Of a stretch of 64,000 bases of DNA, positions 1-11,870 are shown piece after piece. The stretch is from Marsupella aquatica (lineage: Eukaryota; Plantae; Marchantiophyta). The stretch's first letter is position 1. Each line of letters begins with the position of its first letter. The notes beneath the pieces are model-generated. The model was not told where the DNA came from. It saw nothing but the letters and a program-made list of their open reading frames with translations, and searched no databases. The DNA is taken from NCBI GenBank assembly GCA_973895155.1, contig OZ316891.1, positions 28,815,511-28,879,510 of the forward strand, in the 5' to 3' direction. A program made the translations under genes and the position numbers.

Positions 1-2908
1 TCTGCTTATAAAAATTCCCTTCATAACTGTAACATATGCCTCGATTTTCTATAACAACTCCACGACAACTCAGTTCGAGAGGAAGACGTGGGAGCTGCAA
101 CAAAGTGAACCAAGTTCATGGAGAAATTCATGACGCACTGAATTCAATCAAACATTAATAATTTTGAAAAAACTGAGGATATTTCGGTAAATCTTGAAAT
201 TTAAAGATATTCATGTAGTTTGGGCGAATTATAATAGTAATCAGATAATTCCCCAAAAGTTTGTCAGGTGGTCCTTGTTGGGTTACTACTGTGGTCAGCA
301 TCCTGAGTTCCTGACTATCAGAGGCCGAGTCAGGGTTAGACAGTTCGGTTGGGAGGCCCGCAATCACAGGTGTACTCACATAGGGCAGGGCTTATTTGCA
401 AGCCTACTGTACGTCTCATCCATCAGAGTCACTCAGGTATGCCTGTGTAGTCTTCACACTATTCATTAGAGTCAAAAGCATCTTTTTGACACACTTTTTT
501 TCTTCCTGATAATAGCTTACGAGAGTCTTGTACATTAAGTATACAATTACGGGCTATTGGTGTTTCTATATGGGATATGTTGTTGACCATATATGAACGT
601 GCATATACGAGGTGACCATATCTAGGAGGCAAAATCTGTGCATAAAAAGTCGAACAGACCCCCTTAGCCTCACTTTCAGGGTGTTAGGGTTTTAAACACG
701 GCTGTCGACTGAGTACTGTCCAACGTGCCTGGCTGCAAGATTCAATCATAACTGTGTTGTAATCTACGCATTGTAGATCACATGTAGATTGTATGAAAAT
801 ACTGAATTAATGATACATAATCAAGGCTAGTGCTTCTGTGGCAGCAGTCTAATGCACCAAAAAGCGTCCTTGGGAGAAAGGAGCAAGGACTGGTGGTAAC
901 CGAAAGAAAATACAAGAGGAAACCAATGACTCGTGACGCAGTGCTGTTATGCAGGTTCTATGTCCAGGAGTTACGCGCATGCCCCCTCCCATCCTCTGTG
1001 TAGTATATTTCTGATGCATACGTAATAACTGGTAAAATTAATTATAAGAGCTGTGGGCCAGTCAAAATTGACTGTACACTGGAACGATGGAAGCAACTAT
1101 GGAGGAAGGATAGGGGGGTTAAAGAATCAAATTTCCTGTGGGATATATGCTTCAATGTAAACGCCACTAATGTCTGAGGGAAACCCTGGCTACCAATGCA
1201 GAACTCGAGTACCTGGTGTAGATGCTGATGAGGCAGCAAAATTGAATGTTCATATGTCTGGAGATGTTAGAAAGAAGTAGCGATCTGGATTGGGGTCTGG
1301 CTCCCTTTTGTTTCTAAATCGAATAGGTTATGTGGTCCAATACATGCGGTGCTTGGTGAGAGACTGGCAGATCATTCAGCGACTGGGGGGAGACATTCAG
1401 AGGTTGTATCCTGTGGCAGATGTGGATACACTGAAATCATGGAGTGATCGAAACCATACAGCTAAAGCGAATAAACATGCAGAAGCAGCTAGAGTTTGAC
1501 AGCCGATGTTGAACTTACATATTGATTAATTGGCGAAATGTCAAGGTTAAAGGAGCGGTAGTTAATATCACGAAGTACTATAAGCAGGTTCGTAAGTTCA
1601 GTGATAAGTGGGGCAAGCCCCCCATAGGTGTACACTAGAAATGGTGAGCTGGTCCCTTCCCGAATTGCAGGATGTCAGTATTCTCTCTGTAGAGATCTCT
1701 ATAAGCAATATCATATGTAAATCTAGTTATAGAATTTTTCTGGGTCATTTATGGCTCCTATCACTCGCTTAGTCCAATCTGTTTCGCTGTGAGAACCTTA
1801 TTACCTTCTGGGCTATCAAACCATGATTCCCATCAACTGAGCGCTTCGTACCTCAATTCCCGAAAGACCATCGTAGGGCCTATTGCCTTTGATATTCTTG
1901 TCTCCCCCCGGTACTTCCTGAAATGCCAACACCATCATCGAATTAGAGAAAAATACCACAATTTACTTGACTAGGGCGTGGGCCATTGAAATGAGGGTGG
2001 CTGGAATATGCCCCCCTGTATAATGACGCTTATTAGCCCCGTATTCCGAGCTTGCGACTCGTGGTTACCTCAAGTTTCTTTCTCTTGGACGAAACAAGAA
2101 TCGATCACTTTCTCTCCTGTACCACTCGAGACCTGAAAAAGTGTAGTTTGCAATTGAAGAACGCGGAGTTGGGAAAATTGAGAATGAACCGTTCGAAACA
2201 ATGGGTTAACAGTTCGTAATTCCATTGACATTTAGTGTGGGTCGTTTCCCGTTGTGCAGTGCACTTTGATCACGCAAAACGTACCACGCAAAACGTACAA
2301 GTCATAAAGCGCTGGCCTGTAAAACCTAGATTGTAGGATGGAACGACCGACTATTGTAGGTGTGCAGGTGCCGTAGGGACAAGTTGGAAGAAGGACAAGA
2401 ACTGCATGGCCAATTGCAGCCTTCATCTAAAACACGGCAGAGGTCATGCCATGGGTCAAGAATCCCACAACCGTAGGATTACTATAGGGTCGCGGATGAT
2501 GCTCTTTTGTCTACAATTATCATCACAAGACTACAAAATTGCGCAAAGGGTCCGAAAAATACATCGACGACCTCTCATGGAAACGAGCTCGGCATCACAT
2601 CCTTTCATTTACCGCAACCCTTTCATTCACCACAGCAGCAACTTGATGCAATTTACCTTCAAAATAAAAAGGTTGCAGTTGGGCGCCTTGCAATGACTAT
2701 CTCCAGCTCAGCTCATGTCCCGATCGAGTTCCTGAAGAAGGGTGTGAAGTCGGAAGCTGAGCACTTGGGCACTATGAAAGTGCACATCTCTTGAATTGTT
2801 TTCATTGCATTTTTTGTTCCTCTGCTGCCTTTTGGGATCACAACTTAGTATCAAGGGTTTATGGATCACCATAAGCCAAACACCTCCTTCCATACTAGTT
2901 TTTCAATC

Positions 2909-5900
2909 TCAATGTTCATCAAATTTGCCATCCCTCACATCTCTGTGTCTGAGTCTCGTCTGATCATCATCGGTACTTCTACCCTCCTTGTTTTGATTGG
3001 ATCTCCTTTGGTTACCATTACTGCCGTTCCTTCTATCCTTGTGTCTGAGTCTCCTTTGTTCCTCATCACTACTGTCCTTCATGTCCTTGTGTCTAAATCT
3101 CCTCCGTCTATCGTCACTGCTATCCCTCCTATACTTATGCCCGAGTCTCTTTAGTTCATCATCACTGCTATCCCTCATATTCGTGTGTCTGGGTCTCTTT
3201 TGCCCATCATCACTGCTGTCCCTCCTATACTTGTCATTCAGTCTCTTTTGTTCATTATCACTGCTATCCCTCCTGTTCGTGTGTCTGAGTCTGTTTTGTT
3301 CATCATCACTGCCATCCCTCCTATACTTGCGCTTGAGTCTCTTTTGTTCATCATCGCTGCTCTCCCTACTATACGTGTGTCTAAGTTTCTTTTGCTCATC
3401 ATCACTGCTATACCTCCTATACTTGTATCTGAGTCTCTTAAGTTCATCATCACTGCTATCACTTCTACCTTCGTATTTGAGCGTGCTGGGCTCGGGATCA
3501 CTGTTTTCCCTCTTATCTTTGGGCCTAACTCTCCATTGTTCACCATCGATGGTAGCCCTCCTGTTTTTGTATCTTAGTCTAGATAGTTCCTCGTCACTGT
3601 CCGTCTTCGTGTCGCCTTTACAATAGGTGCTCTTTCGTCGTGTTCCTCTCTGATACTCCACATTCGTTTCAAATCTATTGTTGGTACTGTCAAGGATCTT
3701 CTCTGATGTCCTCCTGCCCCTAGATCCATGGCATTTCTGATTATTCGAGTGAACGCTAAATCCCTTTCTCCCCATGCCTTTTGGACTTCCTTGGCCGTCG
3801 CGATTACTATCTGATGATTCATGCTTACGGGGAACAATTTTCTTATCATCCCGACTAATGTCTGGCTCTCCCGTCCTGGATTTCAGGTATCTCTGTTCAT
3901 CCTCACTGCTAATAACAAATTTCCTGTCATCTCGTTGCTCATCTCTTTCTGGGCAATGATGGCCACTATTTGTAGATTTTCCGCTATCTAGGCATTTATC
4001 TTTCCTCTTTACTTTTCTCTCTTTTCTGTGTTTACGTTTCTTCTCAGATTTCACGTCGGTAAGCTCTTTCCGTTGCTCATGTGAAAGAGATGCAAGAAGA
4101 TTCGGTATACTCAGGGTTTCCTCGTCACCCCCACCACCTGGTAAAAAACCTGTTCAGCACAGCCGATTTCTAGAGATCAGGAATATTGTGTTGAGTTATT
4201 AATGGTCCGTGACAGTAGACGGAAGCAAAGCAGACCCTGCATTTTGATAGAATGAATATAACTAAGTAGATATAACACGCTCACCTCCATACTCATCATA
4301 TATATCTTCATCGGGAATAATCTGCTGGTTCGGGTCATCAGGCTTGAAACCCCCCCTTGCTGGGCTTAGACCCCCCGGTTTCTGTTTCAGCTCCCATGTT
4401 AAAAGCTGCGGCGGATACAGACGCGAAATCAATATTGTCTGACAACTAGCTAAACACATAGCAGTCGTCTTGCAAACTCAACTCCAACATCCACCAAGGA
4501 GAAAGTGCATAATGTCAGAGCAGACATAAAGTCTCAGGGTGAGCTTCGAATATTTACGAAACTGATTTCAAGCCAATGTCGGAAAGGTAAAATTGCGCCA
4601 ACAGACCTCACTAGAAGCCGTTTGAGCCAAAATAACATTTAGAGGATCTTCTCTAATCAAACGGGCCTCCTCGCTGGGCATCAGCACGTCTTTCAAGGGG
4701 CACTCACGGTCACCACTTTGATGACCAAATACCCCACACCGTGCACACTTCACATTCCGAATCTCGATAGCGAAAGGCTTCACTCTAGTTGGAGCTCCAG
4801 TATCATGCCTGCAGATAGATTACTCATTGAACATCAATTAATTCAAACGAGCCTTTCTTTCCATTTCGAACTGCAAGCAGACTTTTCCAATATTAAGCCC
4901 TTCTACAAATCATTCTGTTGCTTCTGGTCACACCAGAAATGATACTTGACTGTATTTACTTGCCTTGGAGCATTTTTCAGAGATGGGAACTCCTCTTCAG
5001 TTGGCAGAGTTCTACCAAAAACATCCTTCACACGAGGGTTTCTCTTTTGGGACACCCCTGTACTGGTGTTCCTGCTCAGAAGCGAAATACATATGTCAAC
5101 AACATCAACAATATCAACAAGAAAAAAACTGACAAGGGAGGAAGATGGTCACAACTTAACGCAGCTGGGAAGTGAAAAGCATCGAGGGGGGAAAATATTG
5201 ACAGAAGAGATGTCTCTCGTTGCTCCATCCAAATCACATATGCCGATCTTCCATTACGAGTGACTACCGTTTCAATCGAGAAAGAAAGACGAGTAACGAT
5301 GTTGAGATTGAGCCAATTTTGAAACATTAAATCTCAGCTGAGCACATGAGACATTGAGGTGTGTGAGTAAACAGTCCAGAAGACACACCCGTCATCTGGA
5401 GTTGCATCAACATCAGCTGTAGTTGTCAAACCTAATTTCTTCCTTTCGTCCGCTAATTCTGCTGCTCGGGCCGCCTCTGCATTGTATCCGGGGGGACGCA
5501 TGTACATGAAGCTTACTGCTTGCATGGCCTCCATCTGTAGTGGTCAAGGATTATTAATCAGACCAGCTCGGAATACAAATACCTATGTCCTCGAAGTTAT
5601 CATATCTCGAATACTGGTGGAATGACGCCGAGTATAGTATAAAAACATTATCCAGAAATTGCTGACACACAAGGATAGGTGAGGGAGGTGACGACACAAG
5701 CCAGAAGATGATTTTTCAGGGCAAATAAAACTGGCCTTTTCTTTTTCTTTCTTCGACATCTGCGCAGTTTGCCGGAAAAATTCCTGCTCCTGAGCAAACT
5801 GCAAGCAAGCGATAATATAACAATCAACGCCTTCCAAGACCAACAGAGGTTATTCTGCTTCAGAGGTATACAGTATTCCCTATACATCAAAGGGACGATG

Positions 5901-6346
5901 AATAGCGAGTGTTGCAAGATCCCCTCCTGCGCATATGGGATATACTACTCTAGAGATGTGGAGAACTGCAATGGAATTCAAATTGAATTACAGATAACGT
6001 GCGGAAAATATCTCGAAGCAAAGTAGTCCGACTCAAGATAAGGCAACGAACGCTCTACATGAAGTACTACCCCATTAGAAACTTTAAAAACATCGATACA
6101 ATGTGGTTGAGCACGACATAAGAAAGGAAAACTCACCTCGCGTGCAACCTCTGCACCTCGCTCTTCTTTCTGAGCATGAGTTTGCTCCGCAATCCACTTG
6201 CGGCGTTGATTCGGATAGGAGAGAGGATGCCATGGCTTCTGATTCAAGTACGAATGGCTCCAAGCGGTTCCAGCCTTTTCCTTGTATTCCACTTCCTTCT
6301 TGTCCGACTTCATCGTCTCGCGAGGAGCAGGCAAGACATACTCCAA
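2909..6346 (-). CDS. Spliced gene: CIR N-terminal domain plus CCHC zinc-knuckle protein (At4g19190-like) with a charged repeat C-terminus. Exons approx. 6346-6137, 5798-5736, 5534-5389, 5071-4964, 4808-4607, ~4405-4285, ~4137-2909
   Basis: Joined exons read AWSHSYLNQKPWHPLSYPNQRRKWIAEQ...EFAQEQEFFRQTA..KKEKEK|MEAMQAVSFMYMRPPGY...KDVFGRTLPTEEEF..LKNAPR|HDTG..VKPFAIEIRNVKCARCGVFGHQSGDRECPL...WELKQKPG. These are the conserved blocks of the plant Cir_N/zinc-knuckle family, and splice phases are consistent. Confidence 0.88.
2930..3600 (-). repeat. Coding tandem repeat, 48-nt unit giving a 16-aa RRDSSDDEQKRLRHKY-like unit
   Basis: Recurrent TCATCATCACTGCT.TCCCTCCT..ACTTGT on the + strand; the ORF 2909..4054 translation shows repeated SSDDE motifs. 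Confidence 0.9.
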
Positions 6347-6585
6347 TCGATCACTACACTAGACGAGACTCTTTGCTGAGCTCTGCTGCAAAATCCTTGA
6401 GGCTGTCAAGACCTTCCTCCGCAAGAACCACATACGATATGCCTTTCAAGCGTACTGCTTGCCCCCATGCTCTTGTTTATCGATGTTCGGCAATTGATCA
6501 GCTTCCAATTGAGAATTGGGGAACACATTTGAGCAAGTCCAATTATGGTGAGTACCACTCATGAGTACAGCTGATGGGCTGGTAT

Positions 6586-6593
6586 AGGGTTTT
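6586..6593 (-). promoter_or_regulatory. Telo-box (AAACCCTA) upstream of the CIR-like gene
   Basis: TAGGGTTT on the + strand about 240 bp upstream of the ATG at 6346. A known plant cis-element, but a short motif. Confidence 0.3.
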
Positions 6594-6903
6594 CCCTGTA
6601 CCGAGTTATAAGGTACTACCCTCATTACCCTTTCCTTCAACGAATGTAATAGGCGCGTAAAGGTTACCCTAACCTTCAAAACTACCCCAACCTACACATT
6701 CTTTGAAGATGAGTAGAGGAGAGTACAATAAAATCTTACTTATAAACCTCCACCTACAAGCTAGAGTTGGGGACTAGAAACTACAAGCTAGAGTTGGAGC
6801 CTAGGCTTCTAGAGTAAAGTTTCTAGACCTTAACTCCATGGTTCATCATGTGGATGAAATACTCATTACTATGATGTACTAGCCCCATGCTCGTGCGTTG
6901 CAC

Positions 6904-7290
6904 AAAAGATGTCGAGATGATAAAAGATGTCGAGGTGATAAAAGGATGTCGAGTGATAAAAAGATGTCAAGTGATAAAAAGATGTCGAGGTGATAAAAGA
7001 TGTCGAGTGATAAAAAGATGTCAAAGTAATAAAAGATGTCGAAGTGATAAAAAGATGTCGAGGTGATAAAAGGATGTTGAGTGATAAAAAGAAGTCGAAG
7101 TGATAAAAAGATGTCGAGTGATAAAAAATGTCGAATGATAAAAAAAATTGAGGTGATAAAAAGACGTCAAGTGATAACAAGATGTCGAAGTGATAAAAAG
7201 ATGTCGAGTGATAAAAAGATGTTGAAGTAATAAAAGATGTCAAAGTGATAAAAAGAGTAATAAAAGATGTCAAAGTGATAAATGATGTGA
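6904..7290. repeat. Subterminal array of ~18-20 bp GTGATAAAAAGATGTCGA units at the Helitron 3' end
   Basis: Directly visible tandem array; it generates the spurious low-complexity ORFs 6869..7273 and 7167..7463. Confidence 0.9.
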
Positions 7291-7459
7291 GATGAGCAAA
7301 ACATGTCCATGAGAGAAAAGATGTTTAAGCTAGGCACAAATGTCAAGGTGATAAAAGATGACATGGGATATGGCAAACATGATGAAGATGAAATACATAA
7401 CATGCTTAAATACAAATACAAAGACATTGATACCATACTCAAGCCAACTTTATTCATTT

Positions 7460-10400
7460 TCAATAAAGAACTTTATCATATACAACATTTTTGGTCAACC
7501 CTGCATGAAACTCCTCTGAATCTGGAAGCAAAACTTTAATACTTCTAAGTGATGTTGCTCTTGAGAATGCTACGTACAACTGGCCGTGACTAAAAACAGG
7601 TTTTGAAAGTTGCAACCCTACATGTTCTAAAGTTTGACCTTGAGCCTTGTTGATGATCATTGCATATGTCACTCAATGGGAAACTGGACCCTACGTAATC
7701 TAAAAGAAAGTGATTCATCAGACATCAATGGAATGTTTGGGATGAATGTAATAGTTCCTGCATATTTTCCTGCAAGGACTCGTGCCTCAATGACACGACG
7801 ATTCATGGATCTCACAATGAGCCTTGTGCCAATACATAATCCAAGTGAGTGATCTATATTCCTTAGCAAGATTATAGGGCATCCAACTTTCAGTACCAGC
7901 TTGTGAGGTGGTAAACCACTCGATGTTAACGTATTCAAGAACTACGTAGGATAAAAATTCTCCCATTCTAGTCGATCCGAACGATCGACGCTTAAAAACT
8001 CCTTTGACTCCCTAGGAAGTCCTTCTAGAATGCAATTTCTGATTTTGAGCGCCTCATCATTGGTTGGTGCCAAGATAGTTCTCTCGCTTAAGAACTTATC
8101 ATCCACGTTCAAAAGAGATGGGTAGATTGCACTAATCAAAGATTCCACATGTCCTCCCTCCACCACCATAGACTCCGAACATGTAATAAGGTTATTTGAA
8201 GGTCCTTGCTTTGGGAGTTTGTCATGCCCAATGCAAGAAGCCATTATGCAAATGTAAGATTGCCAAATTCAGGAGATGCCAAAGTGCTTCTTGCCCACAT
8301 ATTTTATGTTAGTTTGTACATTTGTGTACTACTCCAGATGTAGGATTTCTTCAAACACGACCCCACAATCTCCGGACGACTGGCCCTTGCCTTGACAGGA
8401 AATACTTGTTGAAAATCTCCTGCAAACACAACCGCAACTCCTCCAAAAATTTGGTCACAATTGATCTTGTATGTCACGTAGCATTCTATCCACCACCTCA
8501 ACTCCATGTCGATGGATCATGGGTGCTTCATCCCATAAGATAAAGGTCGCCCTCCATAACAATCTACCAAGGTCAGATTATTTTTGAACAACACACATTG
8601 ACGTTGAGATCAATTTCAATGGAAGCTTGAATCGTGAGTGGGTAGTGTGCCCTCCATCTAACAAAAGACCTGCAATACTCGAGGAAGCCACAACCAATGC
8701 CACATCTCCATCTGCATGCACTCTCCTCAATAATATATTCTCCACAAATGTTTTGCCCATCCCCCTTGGCCCATCAACAACAAATGTTCCTCCATCTCAA
8801 GCCCTCACCGCTGCAAGTATTATAGTGTAGGCTGCCCTTTGGCCGTCGTTTAACAACGGCTCCTGTTCTACAAGTTGTTGAAGAAATGTATCAATAGCAT
8901 GTCTCCTCCCATATCAAGTGATTCATGTTTTCTGGTTCTTCAAAAAATTGCATACTTGGAACCGGAAGACCAAACTCTAATAATATTTTACCAATACTTT
9001 TGAAAGTCTCATTGATCAAATATAGGGCAAATCTCTGTTGTTGCTCCTCACTGGGATCCAAAAAACCCATTGAGCACAGACGATAGCAACAATCATCGCT
9101 CAAATTGGATGCATGTTGGGTCCACAGGTCGCACGATTTAGCAACACTTTCGAATAACATGATTATGATAAATAGTTGTCGAAGTTGTGCACCCGTCTGC
9201 ATACTTGCCACTTCTTGAAGACATCTATCCCATTCTTCATCGTTCTCGTACAAACCCCGAGCAAGAGCCTTTGCCTGAAAAGTTGGGTATACAATGCCCT
9301 CAAAAGTCCTAAGGTCAAGGAATGATGTTGCACCTTTGACATGAAGTAGAAGTGCTCGCAAGTAGTATCGTTCCCCCACAGCAGGTGGTACAAAATACAT
9401 CCGTCCAATGCTAAACCCCCTTCTTTGAGGGGTCCATGCACGTATTGCCGGAATACATACACAGTCATGAGAAAAGTTTGTGTACAAGATTTGGCTCGCA
9501 TGTTTGTGCAAAGCGTTTGCTTTGAACAACCCAATTAGAGTTGTATCTCTATAAGTTTCTTGTCGGACCACATCAATGATCTCAGAATCTTCATGAAACA
9601 TAATCGATTGTTCCCCCCACAATGCACCTGTAGCTGTTGCACCGAAGTACTACTCTCCGACATTTGAAACTGATTAATCTGCCATACTCCTTTTGCAACA
9701 GACACATACCTTGCATCCAAATGCTCTTTTATTTCATCACGTTGCTCTACCTCCACTATTGCTTTATCATGCCCTTTGTAGCAGTGCTTATATAAGTACT
9801 TAATGGCTTTGACAGAACAACATATCTCCATGTTAATATGAGCATTCTATTTCATGCTCAAATATGGACTATGAGAAACAATCCACCCATTATCAAACTT
9901 ATCACCTATTACAATAAATCCACCTATTATCAAACGTGTGGTTGGGGTCCATGCGCCATGCATTTTGTTATAGTCTGAAATAATTGTGGATACACCTGCA
10001 CGTCCAGTATCATTGCAGAAACTAATTGATCAACCAACTCCATCGTGCGTATAACAATTGTCTTAAATCCAATCCCATCCACCGTGGGTTTATTGTAACA
10101 TCTTAGATGCGTCCAAGGCATTCGTAGCACCCTCTCAATTGGTGGTGATGGCAATGGTTCTGGCCGATGCCCGTGCATTGCTCTTGCTTCACAAAGCAAT
10201 TGTCTCGCACTACTTGCACGGCCAGGCACTGCGGTAGGTCCCAAATTTGTCTCCTCACTCCCTCCCAATGATGTTGTTGATGGCCCTTGAACAACCCTTG
10301 CTTCCCGTCGCAATTGTCTCCCACTAATGACCCTTGGTTCTTCTACTGCAGTTGGCACACATGGTGTGGGAACTACTATTGGAACCAAGGGCCCCACACT

Positions 10401-10562
10401 GGGCGAGACACTTTGTTGAGGTTCGGCATGGACCTGACGCACACCATTATCCACTTGCAACCGTCGTCGGGCGTATTGTTGGCAACACCTTGCATTTATT
10501 GTATTCTTGTTCTGAGCATATCGCTCGCGATTTGCCTTTGATCTCTTCCTCGGAGTTCTCAT
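7460..10562 (-). pseudogene. Helitron RepHel (Rep plus PIF1 helicase) pseudogene with many stops and frameshifts
   Basis: Fragments in order: HINMEICCSVKAIKYLYKH.YKGHD (Rep catalytic Tyr motif), IGRMYFVPPAVGERYYLRALLLHVKGATSF, DGP.G.GKTF, VASSSIAGLLLDGGHTTHSRFKLP, FGGVAVVFAGDFQQVFPV, ILAPTN, GLPPHKLVLKVGCPIILLRNI, YAMIINKAQGQTL..VFSHGQLYVAFSRAT. Confidence 0.95.
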
Positions 10563-11479
10563 GTTTCCCCAAAAAGTCCAATCCCCTTAATCATCTGCAT
10601 CCATCCAACCCACAAAATGGATGATTATTTTTTTAAACCCAAAATCCTTCAAGCTTGACAGACCCCTAAGTATATTGATCCCCGATTGGGCCACACCATT
10701 GCAAGAGACTTGAGACTTTCATTGAGACCCAATATCCATCGAGGATACTACTTACTGGGACCCCTCATCTCACCCTCCCAACCTTCAAGGCGATCCATAA
10801 TGTCTCTTTCCCCTATGGTACATCCTCTTACCTTGCATCGGCTCATGCAACCACACTAAAAGATATGCCATGTGATAAATCTACAAACCCCTTGTCATTT
10901 GAAAAAAGAGGTTCACAAAATGTATGTCACACACATATCTCAAGCTCTCGCTGGTCCCACTCCAGTGCCGTCCATGTTCCATTAGGGTCACCCAAGAAAG
11001 TTAGAGAGGCTCCCAAAATCATTTGAGGGTGACACAATCACCCAGGGCGTCAGCAGAGGCAGCCCCCTGAAAGGAGTTGTCGGCGTCAGCTCACTTGGGA
11101 GGAGTCGTCAGCATCAGGCCCTGATGGGCAATGACACACAAGAGGGGTTTGGGGCGTCAAGGGCTTTGGGGTGTTGATGGGGGCCGGAGGGAGTCAAGGC
11201 GCAATAGGGTGTCAGGGCCTACCTGAGGGCCAGGGAGTCCAGGTGCGCCAGGGCCTCCTCAAGCGTGAGGGAGTCCACGTGTGTCAGAAGGATGCGTCCG
11301 GGCTTTGGAGCGCCTGATAGGACAGGCCCGAGTCCAGGCATACGTCAGGAGGGAGGCGTCATGGCTTCAGCCATGCGGGAATTGAGATCGAGGGCGCATG
11401 GGCGGGAGGAGGGAGGGCCTCATCACAGGCCCTGGTCCAGGTGCTCGTCAGGAGTCTGCATCAGGAGTCACGCGTCAAG

Positions 11480-11870
11480 AGCGAGGGAGTGAGGGAGGAG
11501 CAAGTTGGGAGGGAGCCAGGGAGAGAGAAGGGGAGGATCAAGGGGAGGGTGAGGGAGGCCCAAGGAGGCCTGAGTCCAGGCACACATCAGAGGTGCACGT
11601 CAGGAGGTGCGCATCAGAGGTTGCGTCAGGAGGCACGCATCAGAAGAGGGAGGAAGGGAGTGAGTGAGAGAGGGAGAGAGGGAGTAGCAGAGGGGAGGAG
11701 GGGAGGATAGAGGGGAGGGTGAGGGAGGGCCAAGGAGGCCTGAGTCCAGGAGTGCGTCAGAGGCGCGCATCAGAAGAGGGAGGGAGTAAGGGAGTGAGCA
11801 AGGGAGAAGGGAGGAGCCGAGGGGAGGGTGAGGGAGGTCCAAGGAGGCCTGAGTCCAGGCACACGTCAGG
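11480..11870. repeat. GA-rich degenerate tandem repeats in the Helitron 5' region
   Basis: Three copies of GGGGAGGGTGAGGGAGG.CCAAGGAGGCCTGAGTCCAGG at ~11542, ~11712 and ~11821. Confidence 0.8.

Noticed and set aside
2997-3626. 209-aa Leu/Ser-rich + strand ORF and other overlapping ORFs
   Set aside because: Antisense shadow of the 48-nt coding repeat.
5199-5220. TTGACAGAAGAGA resembling the 5' part of miR156/157
   Set aside because: The match stops after 13 nt and there is no complementary star arm.
6904-7290. CRISPR-like appearance of short repeat arrays (also 18876-18971 and 61010-61355)
   Set aside because: Head-to-tail units without unique spacers, no cas genes, eukaryotic context.
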